From assembly GCA_964247055.1 (NCBI GenBank), contig OZ176055.1, positions 2,728,001 through 2,792,000 on the forward strand: a DNA stretch of 64,000 nt, in the 5' to 3' direction. Position numbers and translations under genes: made by a program. This DNA comes from Paragordius varius. Taxonomy: Eukaryota > Animalia > Nematomorpha. The stretch's first letter is position 1, and each line of letters starts with the position of its first letter. The notes under the pieces were generated by a model. It made no database searches. It had not been told where the DNA came from and saw only the letters and a list, made by a program, of their open reading frames with translations. This document shows, piece by piece, positions 12,101-26,999 of the stretch.

Positions 12101-15100
12101 TTTTTTAATTAAAATTACATCTAACATTATTATAAACACAAAATGGTTAATTTTGCATTATTTTTATATATAGCTAATGCACGCATGTCATGTTTACTAA
12201 ATTTTTATCTTCAGTGTTTATAAAATAAGTATATCTTTTTTTGTTTTTGGTGTATGAATATGCAAGCGCAAACCTTTGCAATGGCTTCAAAGCTCCATAT
12301 TTTTAGAAATATTTGATTTTAAACAGGCCTGGGGTCGCCAAAGACTGTAATTTGAATCGGAGGATTAAAATGAATGTGTTGTATCCAAGTGTTAATGCAA
12401 ATTAACTGAAATATTTTTAGTTATAACGATCATTTGATTGGTTAATAGAGAAAAAAATTAAAATGTATGTGATTAGTAGATTTTTTTTGTTTTTTCGTCA
12501 AATTATATACATTACAATATAAGCACGAAAAAACGATAAAAAGCTATAATTTTTTACATAATATTTTTATTAATCACCAATTAACACACTTCATTTGTCC
12601 TAGTTTACCCTTTGGTGTAGTTTTATATCCCAAAGCTAATTTCGTAAATAAACAACAGCAAACTTATATTTTTACAGTTTTGTGACTTCTAAGTCTAAAA
12701 ATTGGACAGCTTTGAAACACGATTAACACGAACAGCTGATATTTAAATCAAAATACATCAAGTTTTTGCTGGTTAAAATGTAGCCTAAAGCTTTTCATGT
12801 ACTAATTATATTATACATTTGTTTGTCTGTTGTATATTAGCTATTTAAAAATATTTACAGAATAAAATGGCGGTAAAAAAGTTTGAGATGATTTTTACAA
12901 TTTTACATTTGAAAAAAAATTCCGTATAAAATTCCTAAAAGACAGCATATATTCGATTCGACCTAATACCCTTTAAGATATTCAAATTCTAAATGGATCT
13001 GGGATATATAACTACCCCAAAAGGTAATGGAGTGTTAAAAGACTTCCAAACATATGACTGTTTTAATATTTTACATTTTTTATAGAATTCTTCCACTGTA
13101 ATAAATAATAAATAAACATGCTAGTTTTTCATTAACTTCTGCGAGATAGCATAATGTAGAAAAGAGAAGTATAATTGGCTATTAGCAGTAAAAAGGGGAA
13201 ATATAATTTAAGCCATTAGGTTATATTTAAAAAAAACTAGCAATGTATGTTTACTTATATTGTATCTTAAGTTTTTTACCACATTAAAATAGCTCGTATG
13301 TGAAAAATGGTGTAAATTGCTTGATATGACTCGCAAACAAATCCTATGGTTTACGCAAGAATGCATGAAAACCGGTATTTTAGGAACTGATTCATCTCTA
13401 CTTTACCTCATGCGGCAAATTGGGAGTGGAGATTTAAATGCCAAAAACTTGGCCTTGATTGAAGCACTTTTGGGTAAAAAATTATTATTATTATAAATTA
13501 TTAAAAAATTTGTTTAAAATAAAGTAAATTTTTGGATAGATTTCAAAGTTAGGGCTTTTTGTGTTTTTGAAAAAATATTGAATCTTACTTCAAATTTATT
13601 ATAAAAATTTTATATTTTGTTACGTGCTTTTAAATTTTTGGTTAGTTTTATTTAATATTAATCAATGTTTTTTTACTTTTCACTGAATATCATGTATGAG
13701 TCGATTGAAAACCCGTTATTATAAGGATATCTTACCATGTCAATACTTTTATAGTGTTTCGAAAAAAACAACTTTTGTAATATTCAATAGGGCACCTCAC
13801 AAAATTACTTAATTTATATTTTTCATTATTCCGTACAGATATGTTTGTTAATAACCAAGGATGGCTCCAGAAAAATCCATATATTATCCCATACATTGTT
13901 TATACCAACTTGCGATTAATAGCCGATCATTATGCATCCGGTTCGCTACCACAAATAACTCTTTTACGGCAAAGAGAAATCGAATTTACCATCAAACTCC
14001 TACGGACTTATGTAATAATTAGATAATGTATTAGTAATTTTGCATATTTGATAATTTTAAACATTTATTTTACAGGTTTTTTTAAAAAACATAGTAGAAA
14101 TATAATAGTTGTCATTTCCTATATATATATATAAAGTATCTTATTTTGAATTGAAAAAAATAGTTTTCCTAAAAATTTTCAATTATATCATGGTCATAAA
14201 TTTTGTTACCATAGCTTTTTAACAATACGAACTCCTAAATAAAATATTATAGCGATTATTACGCCATAAAATTAATTCTTTAACCTATAACCATAAAATT
14301 AATTTATTAGTTTGGGGAATGTATGGTAATTGGCCGCGATTTATTGCGATTGCTACAGAACGTGGCTAGGATTCCTGAATTTGATGCTTTTTGGCAAGAT
14401 ATGTTATTTCGACCACAAACACTTGTCCTCAATGTACCAAGTATGTATAATTTATTATAATTTTTATTTAAAAATTGATTTATGGAGCCTATCTGTATAG
14501 AGTCCCTCTTCCTCCATAATGACTTCGAAAATACATGACCCAATTTCGCATCCTAGTTTTTACCAAGAAATTTTTTTGTTAAATTTTAATTAAAATTTTA
14601 TTTTCAGTTTTTTAAAATAAAAATAATATATTATTTATGTTAATGAAAATATAAAAAAATTGATTAAATTATGTTTTTCTCATGCTAAAGAAAATAGCCA
14701 CCTTAATTTTTAACGTTTTTATTTTTTTAAAGTATTTATACAAAAAATAGAAAAGTAAGATGATATCACAATGAGCTCAATGTATATTCTAATAAGCTTA
14801 CTATAAGAAGGAAATGGATTTATTTACTCATTATATACCCATCTTTATAATCTCATCTATTAGATATTATTAAGCGATTGATTTGTTCAAGAACACCAAG
14901 GAGATATATAATTTCACGCATTCCACCCGATCTTGAAGCCAAACTATCTTTTCTGATCCATAAAGTAAAGTTTGGTCGTGGAGCAAATGCCCCACAAAAT
15001 CGATATTTTGATTGGCTTATCCGGTAATTCAATATATTTCTAATTTTAAAAATATTAACTTTTGGAGCTGTTTTCAAATAAGTTTTGCAACAAAAAATTG

Positions 15101-18100
15101 TAAATTTAATTTAAACATTTTTTTATATCATTCTATCGTGGGGCATGCATTATAATTTCAATTTATTCAAAGTTATTTAATAGCAGCTCTGAGATTTATG
15201 TTAAGCCTTTTACCTAATCAAGCCATTTAAACATTTTTTTAATTTACATAATAAAGCAATTGTAGCTAATTGGATCCGCACCCATTTGTCATATTTTTTC
15301 GATGAAAAGAAATAATGTTTACGGTTTTATTTTTGCCAAAAATGGTCTAATTAACAAAAAATGTCCTCAATTTTCCCTTTTTCCCAAAAGGTCATAAAAA
15401 TATCTTCTAATACATTATTGATATGTAGAATAAAAATTAATAATATCATATTTTTAGCCAAATCTTTAATCCTCTAAAAACGAAATAAGGATTGGACCAA
15501 CCGTACATTTTATTTAATAATTTCAACAAGAAAAAACGAAAAAGTCATTCTTAGATATAATAAAATATTTTTCCTATTCACCATTTATTATTTTCTATGA
15601 CATTTCTTTTACAGTTATATTTTTACATTTCATAGACAATATGACCTAAACATACTAATGAGGCGTATGTCTCTCTTACCCGATATTGTACGTTATGTGT
15701 GTTGCGTTATTCACCCGAGCAATGAAATCATTTTTAGCGATTTTGTACCTCGATGGGCTTTGTTGGGTTGGATTCTTTTGACAGCGTCTACGTCACCGCA
15801 ACATAATCCCATGATATCGGGATTTGAGTAAGTCATTTGTTTTTCCTTTTTTTAATTTTTTTACCCTTTTGGGGCAAAATGTCTTAAATGTTTTTTTGTT
15901 TAAAATTATTTTGAATTGCAAGCAAAATTAATCATTATAAAAAATAAAAATAAGCTAATTTTTTTAAATAAAAATCATATTTTTTCCAACCAATATGGCA
16001 AATTTACACTCTATTCATTCAAAAATACATATCCACAAGCTATATTATTACAAAAAATAAAGGTTTAAATATATCGTCTGCTATATATAATTGTTAACCT
16101 TTACTTTTTATGTTTTGTTTTACCTTTCATTTTTACTGTATGTTCTATATAATTTTATCTCAAAAATCAGTAATTCAGCCACATCCACCCTGACATGCTT
16201 GTCTCAATGCAAACTAGCCCTGTTTTATGATTGGTGGATATATGACGCATCTATCCCCGACTCTATTATGTGTGTTGAACCGTCCATCCTTCTCATAGTT
16301 AATAGCCTTAAAACGCATCCGGCTATGGGCCAATCTTTGCTTGAATTTTTGTGTTTAGCTACACGTGAAATACCTGCAATGTTTAACTGTAATGGTGTGG
16401 TTATTAACATTGAGAACAGCACTAATAATAGTAACTCACAAAAAAATGGCCTAGAAAATTGGGGTACCGAATTAGTTTCCATGTTTAGAGATGGTGTTAG
16501 GCGTTGCCTTAAAGACATATTGGATAAAAGGGTACGAAATTATTTCAAAAATAAATTTATGCTAAAAGTTTTTTGAAAATAATTTTTACAGTTACATATT
16601 TGTACTTTTGATTTTAATTAAAGTTTTAAGTGGCATTAACAAATTCTATATTATAAGACAATCGTATCATCCCGTTTCGATCGGTACTTTATTTTCTAAA
16701 GTCAATTTTTGATGTGTATGTTAGGTGATTCCATCTTTAGAACCTATAATGCGATTTGGTCATATGAACCCAGATGTTACTTACCTTTTCAGGGAAACTT
16801 TTGGTATTAAAGAGGAAATAGATATTATATCGCCTCCATTGCCATCAGAAGTAATAAATTATTTATATTTTTAGTTGTTTATAAGCATCTATGATTGCGA
16901 ACCAATGAGATTTATTAATTATTAAAATGCTTTGAAATAAAAAATCTTATTATTATTCAGCAATTCTAATATTAATAAAAAATTTAGGAATCAAATCAAC
17001 TTATGCCTTCTACCCCCTACCAAGAGACTACTGAAAATAGAAGTACTCCCACATTGTCGGATGAACTTTTGATTGTAGAAAAAAGTTTAGAAGATCAAAG
17101 ACAAAGTAAAAAATTGCTACCAAAAAAGGCCAGTCTTGAAAAAAGCGATTTGATCACAAATTTCAACTCCGCATTTGACAACAAACATAAAAATGTTGAG
17201 ATACACTCCAATCTGGCTAAAACATCTGAAACTTTTAACGCTATAATAAAGTCAACGAATCAAGTGATAATCGAAGAAAGTTCTTCCCAGGCTATTGAAT
17301 TAGATGTGACGGACCAGAATTTTGAGAGTTTTAGCATTAAACCGCCAGATAATTTTGAACCGCACATTAGTAAATCTCCCCTTTATGATTCATCTTATGG
17401 TAGTGGCCCGGAAACATCTCTAGATAAATCGAAATTAATGCTGGACGATAAAAACACATCCGAAAAACAAACTAAAACCACTCAATTAATTTTTTCTGAT
17501 AACAATAAACAGTTAAACACTACCAAATCAATGTTGGGAACATTTTTTACTAACTATAATACGGAGGAAACGAAAACACGTGATACCTTAGACAATATTA
17601 TTAAGCAATTGGAACAAATATTACAAAACTCTTTTGTTAAAGTTTTACCCGCGGTTCGATCCAATACTCTTCTAAGTTCAACCGATAAATTTCAACAATT
17701 GTACAAACCTTTTATCAAGTATTAGATATATTATTATAGTTTATCGTTTTGCGCAAAAACTTTAATTTTTATATGAATAAACTTAAATATTTTGTATTCC
17801 TAGAATTTTGATTGACATGAAAGAACGATATTTAACTCTTGTGAAAGGCTGCAGTGGTAAAAATAATTCTTCTACGGCGACAAAAATGGCCAATAATTTT
17901 GAATTTTCAATTCAAACCTATCACAAAAGTCAATGCCAAGATTTATCAAGATGTTTGGAATGGTGTTTTGACAATATCAAACATGTACTTTCACCCAAAA
18001 TGGAAAAAGATATTCAACAATCTAATACAATATCTGGTAATAAAGCCACAACAAACCAAAATATTTTGGGTGGTAGTAAAAATGTTTTCATACAAACCTT

Positions 18101-21100
18101 GGCTAGGTTTTTATCCCACCTTATGGCCTCTAATTTTTTGCAGAGTTTAGATCGATCATATGCTGCAGAAAATATTAATGATAAAAATAAAAATAATCCG
18201 CATCCAAAAAACATTGAACACGCTTTAACACCGCTAAAAAAAGATGATGGTAATAATAATTTGGATATTATGTTTGATAATTTTATATTGGCAAATACAT
18301 CTGCCCCTCTCTTAACCACACTGATTGCACATTTATGTGTTCGTATTCTAACTTATCATCGTATACTTGCTTCTCTTACCCCTAATGATATTCTTTTAGC
18401 CAATAAAGTTAAAACATTAATAACGCACATTTATATGTGCAATGAGATTGTCCATGCAATTACAGTCGAAAAACGAATCGAATTTATTAACACATTCGGA
18501 CGACAAGAAAGTTTATTATCAACAGCATCAGTCGATTTTTATAAACCACAAAATCATGTTATGGGCTGGCAAATTTTGGAATCCTTAATTACTGTATACA
18601 CTTATCAAAAGAAACGTGCTATATGTCAACAAATTGTAACGCAACTTCAAAACGCAAAAAAACGATTAAAAGATGATGAAAATAATAGGGAGAATCATAA
18701 TCGTCTGCTGAACATTAACATGAATGATACTCAATTAAATTTAAACGATAATACCCTCTTTGATGATGATATATTTTTTCCGAATGTTTCTTACCCGGTT
18801 TTTGGTACAACAAGCAGTAAGACAATAAAGTCGTCTACAGATTCTAATAACAATGGTGCACAAAATTTGGAAGATATTGCTCAATCTAATCTAGGCTCCT
18901 ACCTCGAAGTTTGTAACTCTCTGAATTACTTTTCAAATTTAAGTTTTATATTTTACTGCTATATGCTTTATTCATTAGGTATACAATCAATGGGTCCTAA
19001 GTTCCCAATCGTTTGCAGAATATATTAATGTGTATCATCCATCCTTGGCGCAATTAAAAAATAAAAATCATGGGTTATCATCAACTAATTTTATTTTGAC
19101 CGAAGATATCAATAATTCACTCTATACAATTTTGATCGGTAATCAACTAATAGCAGGAGGTGTAACATCATCTCCAGTCACAACTAAGTTTCACACGGTA
19201 GAAAATCCACAAAGAAAAATATTTATGCGTTATATTTATTGTCACCTAATGACTGACCTTAAATTTTGTAAAATTCAAGCACCTTCAACCTTTAAAGATA
19301 TCATAAGTTCTGGGTTTTTATCAAGTGTTCCTGTTTCATTTTGGAAGGAATGTTTGGTTGAAAGATCTTTGTCGCCTTTATTTGAAGAATACGATTCAGA
19401 TGAAGCCGAAGATGACATAAATAATGCTAAACGCTCAACACCCTTTTATAAATTACGGAATAAAGTTGACAAGTCCATTGATTATTTATGTTCAACTCAA
19501 TCTAATCTTGTTTGGTTAAAAGCCTTTAAAGCCAATAATGTTAACAATAACCCCGTCGATAAAAAATCCACCCATTCAAGCGACAGCGATAGCGACACCG
19601 ACAATAACGAGATGTTAAACGATGATGCGAATTATAATAGTAACTATAATAATCCATTTAATACAACATTCACACAAGACATAATGTCAGTTATAAGTTT
19701 ACAAAACATTGAAACTTATATGTTTGAACTTGAAACCCTATATAATGATATCATTGAGGATGAAGGGATGGGGCATTTTTATCCTATCGGCTCACATAAA
19801 GGTAAGGATAAAAATCACATTTCTCTATCTTCAATAAGTATATTGGATCGAAATTTGGCTAAAACCTTGTGCTGTACTCCATTATATTACGTAGTTCAAA
19901 CAGGAGGTATACAAGAATCATCCAAAGACAATCCATCCAGCACAAATGCAAAAAAGAAATTGCTATCTACGGGGAACATCAATACGACAATAATTCCGTC
20001 AACAGTTTTAACAGAATCCTCACTAATAAATCGGATAGATCAAAAAATTTGCGCTCAAGAAGCAGTTCTTAGAATTCCATCTTTCGTACAATGTCGGTTG
20101 CAGGATGGAAACGAGACTACACACATTGCAACACAATTTACCATCTTTAAATTTTATTCAGAGTCCTTAAACATGCAAAAAACTGTTGAAACACGGGGAA
20201 AATACATTAAAACAAATGTAATTGATACAAATAGCAGGACTCTGGATTTATACGATGCGCAGATCAATTATGGACAGGATATTAATCTCTTACGATTTAT
20301 TATGGGACTACCTCATAATTATATAGCGGAAATTATTGATGATTCTTTTACATGGTCAACACATGAAAAATCAAATTTATGGAAATTAATTGACATAATG
20401 TTTATTAATTCTTCACTTATGGTAGTTAACTCTTATCCTGAACCTAAAAAAATTTCGTTTAGAGATTTTTTCCTTCAATATCAATTGTATGAGCTACCGT
20501 TTGAATCTGATGCATTTAGTTTGCATAATATCGTAAGAATTCTCATAAGTCTTGTCCCCGATATAGATTTAGTGAAATCTTTTTTTAAACGTGATAATAC
20601 CAAACATACACCAAATAAATTTAAAAAAGCATTAGACATAAACATAATTCAACAATTTGGCTTATGCAATACATTACCTCACCCTTTTCCCATCTTAGTA
20701 TTTCAGGGTTGGACCGGATCCAAAACTCCCAATACCATATATGACAAATTAGCTGAAATTATAGCGACTATTTTGAATTATCACTTGAGCGGTTCTGAAG
20801 TCGTTGGCGGCAGTAGAATACGAGGATATGGTACAAGTAGTAATCGGGCTATTTCTAATATTTCATCAGACAATACTAACACTACGACTCTAAATTCAGC
20901 AAAAATAACTAATCCTTCTGAAGAATCGCATCAAACTATCATTACATCCTTAAATACTTATAAACCAAGTTTAGATTGCATTTTACAACTCCTTGATATG
21001 CTTAGAAAATCGAGTAAATACACCAAAGCTTTTAAATCAAAAAATCATAAGGGCAATAAACGAATATATAAAAATGTTGCCATTCCACGCCTTTTTCGTC

Positions 21101-22685
21101 ACGATTTAGTTCGTTTAGCTATGCAGGAGATTTATGAAAGCACAACCGAAACCATAAAAAACAAGTTTTTTTATTCAATAATTTATATGCTTTATTTTTG
21201 TTATATACAAATAAATAGTGAATTTTCCCTAATTTTTTGTAAATTATTTGTCGTTGTGCAAAAATACAATACATTTATAATTTATGTATCCAATATATCT
21301 TAGATACAAATCGCTGTTCACTTTGTGCGAAGGAACTTTACCCGATGATTCAAACGAAACGGGAAAACGACAATTTACACAAGACAAAACCTTGGATTAT
21401 TTATCAATTTCATCTGATGATGAAAATTATAACTTACACGCTAACAAAAACCAAAAAAAAGATATTCAGGAGTTTAAAGGTAAATTTCGGAATAATTTCT
21501 TACTTTATTTATTGAGTATAATTAAAATGTTTTCAAGGGTTTTTATGCAAGTTCCGTTTAATATTATTTTATCTAAAAATATTTTCAACGAATCAATTTT
21601 TAAAGCAGGGCTTGCCCACATAAATATAACGATTTTTATTAGCTTTCAAAGATAAGACTGTAAAATGCAAACACAATATAACATTTTTTCTAGTTTGTCA
21701 ATTTGATAGACATATTCAGAATATTCTTTAAGAAATATCAATTTTACTAACATTTTGTAAGCACATTTTTGCTAATTATGGATTTCCAAATTATTTGTGA
21801 GCCACTTGTTGGACAACCCTTTTTAAAAGTATTTTGCTTATCACGTATATATATTATCGAGAAAACTTTTCTAAATGTTCCCATAAGTTTGTTATATTTA
21901 ACCTTATGAATGTATATATATCATAATTTTTGCCGTTTTTAGACAAGGAAAGATCAAAATCAGGGGCTATAAAACGCAAAAATAGAAGCAGTGATTCATC
22001 GTCACCCTCAAGTGAAGATGATACTTCAACCCATAATATGATTTCACCTCCCTTATCATCGAACAAAAATAACTCCTTATTAATGGCGAGTTCATCAAGT
22101 TCAAACTCAAATTCTTCGTCTGAGTCCGATGGCGTTATGAATGCTAAAATTTCCGCTAGTCACAAAAAGCATAAATCGATAGAGGATGACTTGCTTTCCC
22201 CCATAAAACACCGCGGTACATCTAAACGAAGGAAAGGGATAACATCTCCCATTTTGTCGTCTGCAAAAGCAAAATTTGATGCACGTAATTCTACGAAAAA
22301 CCAGGACAAACAACAATCTCATTCTAATGCACTTATTTTGGATTCTGATTCTTCCAACAACTCTGAGAATGAAAGCCCCATGCCACATATATCTAAACTT
22401 TCCCAATCGAAAAAAGAGAAAAAGGGGCAACAACAATCCCATAAATCAAAGCCGCAAACAAAATTTACGAAAAACCCATCAGATAATGAATTACAATCAC
22501 CAGATTCCTCCAGGTCTTCCGAAGAAAACTTTGAAGCAAGTAAAGAAATCATCACAAAAGATAATAGCACAACCCGTAGTAAACGGAATCAAAATACACG
22601 CTCTACAAATCAACGGAATAGTAAATCTCGCATATCTGATGATCCTAATTACATCAATTCTTTTTCCTCAGACAGTAGTGATTAG
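9145..22685 (+). CDS. INTS3: Integrator complex subunit 3 (SOSS-A), 14 coding exons, about 2250 aa
   Basis: Exons 9145-9493, 9559-9698, 13293-13473, 13839-14011, 14311-14440, 14864-15023, 15636-15827, 16171-16531, 16725-16850, 16988-17718, 17804-18908, 18979-21164, 21304-21479, 21943-22685. All introns are GT-AG with consistent phases; total 6753 nt. Motifs: EEISIALLYIILTEP, RDLMLISRDG, IGRDLLRLLQNVARIPEF, VIHPSNE, KLALFYDW, PSLDCILQLLDMLR, terminal SSDSSD. Confidence 0.95.
10200..10390 (-). mobile_element. Short LINE ORF2 remnant in INTS3 intron 2
   Basis: SFTNPEGLKKLNVGKAYNLENIY resembles the non-LTR pre-RT motif FTxxExxxALKKLKxGKAxGxDxI. Confidence 0.4.
10463..10562 (-). mobile_element. 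tRNA-derived SINE, internally deleted copy
   Basis: Nearly identical to 34764-34889 (CATGTGAAGGCTTTAACA.TCGCCTGCCCAGGGCT...CCATCACGCC), with a deletion in the tRNA-like head. Confidence 0.75.
21606..21821. mobile_element. hAT-type MITE in INTS3 intron 13 (related copy at about 38700-38899)
   Basis: Ends CAGGGCTTGCCCACA and TGTTGGACAACCCT. The internal sequence (GGATTTCCAAATT...TTGGACAACCCT) recurs at 38760-38899. Confidence 0.55.
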
Positions 22686-23671
22686 AATTTTCCAATACAT
22701 TGGGTGTGCGCGCTATGTATATAAACGGACATTTTTTTTTTCGGCATTGGATAGAATGTAGTTCACCGCTTATATTTATTACTTATTCACAACGCTATTT
22801 TTACACCAATTATGTATGATTGACGAAAAAAATACATGCATTACTCCTTAAATAAATATATTTGTTTTAAGCTATTGCTTTAAGCTCTTTTCAATCCCGT
22901 TCTCCCATAGAGAAATGAGGTCTAGGCCCAAATTTTTTGATTGATTCCTATTAAAACCTAAATTAATTAAAATATAACAGCATCTAAACTTGAATAATCT
23001 CCTCATCATGAAAAGATTTAAAGAAGTATTTCGGGCCATGCAATGATATGCATCAAAAAGTTTGCCAAATAATTTTCTATTCTTTGCAACATTTGGCTGA
23101 TCATCGTTAAAATGTTTGGAGAGTTTATTCAATTTTTAACGATTTTCCCTGTGTGCGAATTAAGTATATCGGGAAGCTAAACCATTTATTAACCACTTTG
23201 GTCTTAATAGTTGCAGTATGTGATTTTTTTCTAAGTTAATTGTAACTTAATGCGAAAATTCTTTTTTATAATGTTTACAATTTATAGTAAAAATTGATAT
23301 CATACAGACAAAACGTAACATCATACAGATAGTTTTTTTAAAAAAGGTATGCTTTATTCTTTATATCTTTAGAAATTATTTACTATTGCAAATTTTATAA
23401 TTAATTGTATTACATTTAATATTTTGCAATTTAGTATAATGATTTATATCAAAAATAGTCAATTCTACAAAAATACAGCTGTCTTTTGAAACGGTGTATG
23501 ATATCAATTTTACTGTGATATTATCGTTGCACACTAAATAGCATCAATCCCTGAACCCTATCGTGTTTTTAAGCAAATCCTGTTTCAAAATGTAGGAAAG
23601 GGTCGCATGGTATTAACAATATTAACCCTTTATTAGCGAGCTTTTTACCCGTGCAACTTTAAATTTGATAT

Positions 23672-23938
23672 ACCATTCACAATTTAAATTCACCCTTGCA
23701 CAAAAATTCACCCTTTAACAATTCAAATTCACCCTAAAAATAAATTTTCGAGCTAATCTAACTCATTATTAATATCAAATATATCTTTGTGGCTTATTAT
23801 AGATTTTTCAGTATTTTGAACAAAATTCCATTTTTTAAGAATATATAAAAATACAGGTAATTTTTAATCCCTAGAGGAATTTGAATAGTTTAAGGGTGAA
23901 TTTTAATTGTTCAAGAGTGAATTAGAAGTGTAAATGGT
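23672..23938. mobile_element. Foldback MITE, small family (ACCATT termini, 21-bp TTCAAATTCACCCTTGAACAA-type repeats), degenerate copy
   Basis: ATAT|ACCATTCACAATTTAAATTCACCC at the left end and GGGTGAA...TGTAAATGGT at the right end. Homologous to 55921-56282. Confidence 0.75.
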
Positions 23939-24241
23939 AAATATAGATTTAGGAAAATAAAATATGGACTCTATAGCCCGCAATATTCAAAATATATTTT
24001 CAAAATTTAAAAGATTCTCATCTCAACTGCCGTCAAATATTTTCTGGGAGAATTAGCTAATTTGCAAATTGAATATAATAATAATCAAAAATTTAACCTT
24101 AGCATTGCAAGTTAAAATATAGAATGATATTATTGATGTAAAAGCTGTTTATTGTGATTTAAACTATTTAAGTTTTATATCCCTTTTTTTCGTCAATTAT
24201 ATTAATTTAATGTACTTAGCGTTCAGTTTTTCATTGTAAAT

Positions 24242-26671
24242 CAGTGATACTCAAACCGCGGCCCGCGGGCCGCATGCGGCCCTAAGAGTGCTTTAAAATT
24301 GCCCTATGACCATATTGATACTTATATTATTTTTTTAACACATAAAAGAATTTTTGATTATTTTAATATTAATTTATTTTCTTTAGATTTAATTTTGGTA
24401 ATTTACCCTATTCGAAATGTAGAAAAATTTCCCTACACTAATAATTTCAAAATTTTGGCACACGTTGTTTCTGTTTCTGTATTCTATTTTCTTTTCTATT
24501 TTGAAATTTTTATTGCCTTCCTTTTTTGATTTAAGCAAGCAACCAAACTTGCATATACATAATCCTTTCATAGCTATCCTGCCTCATTTTTTATAACACA
24601 TTCCCAGATAATATTTTTCAAATAAACATCATTAATTTAAACTTGTTTATAGCGTAATTCAAATTAGATTTCTATATTTGGAAAAAAATTACATAATAAA
24701 CATCAATTCAAAGGATGATATCTAATGCTAAAAAACGTAAATTATCCGATGAAAAGCCCTTTTAAAAAGAAGGAGAAAAAAAATTCTTTGTCGACCTGCC
24801 TTATATGTAAGGACAACAAAATTATAAAAAAAATACAATATTGAAAGAATTTTACAATCCATTTTTCTCATAAATTACCAGAAAATCATGAGGAAAGACG
24901 AAAAATATAAAAAGATTAAGGAATACCAGAAAGGAAAATCTTTTATGTCCATAGCTTTCTCCCAGGAAAAAGTTGTATAATTGGCTTCGTATGAAATTTG
25001 TTATATTTTAGAAAAAATTATAAAACCGTTTACTGATTCACAACTAAAAGAATGTCTAATAAATGGTTGCACTTTTTTATTTGATAAATTATATATAAGA
25101 TCAAATCATGAGGCAAATTAAAAAACTTCAACTTTCTCCAACATGTGCTTGACGCATTGAAGATATGTCTAAATATATTTTTAACAATACATTATTGACT
25201 CTGAAAAACTGCAAATATTTTAATAATGCTATTGATTCTAGTACTGATATTGTACAACACTTCAATGTGCGCTCTTCGTAAGATTTTGCAACGACAACAT
25301 ATCAATGATAAATATTTAAAATTTTTACCAATGAATAATACCACGAAAGGAAGTGATTTTCTCGAAATACTTTTTTCGATAATAATGGTATATCTATAAA
25401 AAATTGGTTTCGATCTGCACAGATGGCTGTCCTCTATGATTGGAATAACCAAAGGATTTATTCCTCTTTTGAAAAACAAATATAATTTACAAAATATTTT
25501 ATCCTTTCACTGCTTTATTCGCCAAACTTGGTATCGCGTGTAAAAGATGAATCACTCAATTCAGTAATTAAAACGATTTTGGATTAACCACATCCGTGGC
25601 AGAGAATTCAACCGCCGTAAATTCAAAAACCTTCTGAAAGATATCCACAGTGAGTTATCTCCTTTTGTACACCGCTGTGAGATAACTAAGCCTTAGCAAA
25701 GTATTAAATAGATTTTTTGTTTTAAGACATGAAATTCTATTATTTAAAAGATAACAGAAAGTTTGATGAGGAAATTAAGAATGACATGTGGAGAGTATTT
25801 TAGCCTACCGCGACATTACTTATACACTTTTTTATAAGTCGTCAAGGAAGCAAAATAATAACCCAATTTGCTAATGAAATATCTTTTAAAAATTAATAAT
25901 ATAAACTAGATTTCATAAATTAAACACTCCTATATTTTCCAACACTTAAAACGATTCATGAAGAAAATATGGAATTTACCGCGGAAATTAATTTAATAGA
26001 TCAACTAACATTTTTCTCTAATGAGATATAATTCAGATTTCAAAAATTAAGATATATTAAAAATTGCTTAAAACTCGTAGAAATTCCATGGCATATGAAT
26101 ATATTCAATATCAAACAACTTGAGCATTTCGGTTTTGATCAGGCGCATATCATTGAAGACTTAGTAGGTTAAAAAAACACCAATTTGGATATTCAAAGAG
26201 AATCGTAGAGAAGAAAGATATGTAGAGTTTTGGCAAGATGTGCCAAATAAATATGAAAATATAAAAAAATGTGCTCAAATCCAAACTCTTTTTCCCTCAA
26301 CTTATACGTGTAAGACGTCATATTCAAAAATAAAATATGTCAAGAATACATACAGAAACCGCTTAACCGATGATCATATGGACGACGTATTAAGATTGCC
26401 TGTCATGAGGTGAAACCAAATTTGTCAAAAAATATTGGTTAATATCGAAATAAAAATTGTCTTAAAAATATTTTAATTTTTTAAACTAAATGGTAAACCA
26501 GTTTTTGGCTGGATTTACATGCGATCCGCAAACAATTCATTGTGCTGATTTAGAGTATAAATAGGTGTATATGTGTTAAGCTATGGAATATTTGCCATTA
26601 TAAAATTCATGGCCCTCGAAAAAAAAATATATTTTATTTGGCCCGTCAAATTTTTTTGGTGAGTACCACTG
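24242..26671 (+). mobile_element. Complete but decayed hAT (Buster/SPIN-like) DNA transposon
   Basis: TIRs CAGTGATACTCAAAC and GGTGAGTACCACTG, with a perfect 8-bp TSD TTGTAAAT at 24234-24241 and 26672-26679. Broken transposase fragments ICTDGCP, SFHCFIRQ and TLFPSTYTCKTSYSKIKYVKNTYRNRLTDDHMDDVLRL. Confidence 0.92.
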
Positions 26672-26999
26672 TTGTAAATTAAAACTCTGGTATAAAATTA
26701 CGCTCAAACGTATTTCGCTTTAAAATATATCCTATATATTCAATAGAAAAGGACTTTTTTGAGTTTGATATTGTTTTATGTAAACATTCAAACCATTATT
26801 CATTTTTCGTAGGGAAGGCCATTTTTTTATTTTTTTTGAGGTACACATTCAACTTTAAATTAAATAAAATATATATATATATATATATAATTTACTATTT
26901 GCGTATTAAACTATTTATTATCAGGGATACAGACAATTCTTATGAGAAAAATAGCGATTTCAAAATTATTTTACTAAAAGGCACGAAAATCGAAAGCTG

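Noticed and set aside
18909-19030. Apparent frameshift or gene split between ORFs 17808-19028 and 19030-21303
   Set aside because: A 70-nt GT-AG intron (18909-18978) joins them in frame as YLE|VYNQWVL.
22872-23200. piggyBac-like transposase fragment (HFNDD..RKLFGKL)
   Set aside because: The resemblance is faint and I could not pair termini or a TTAA TSD.
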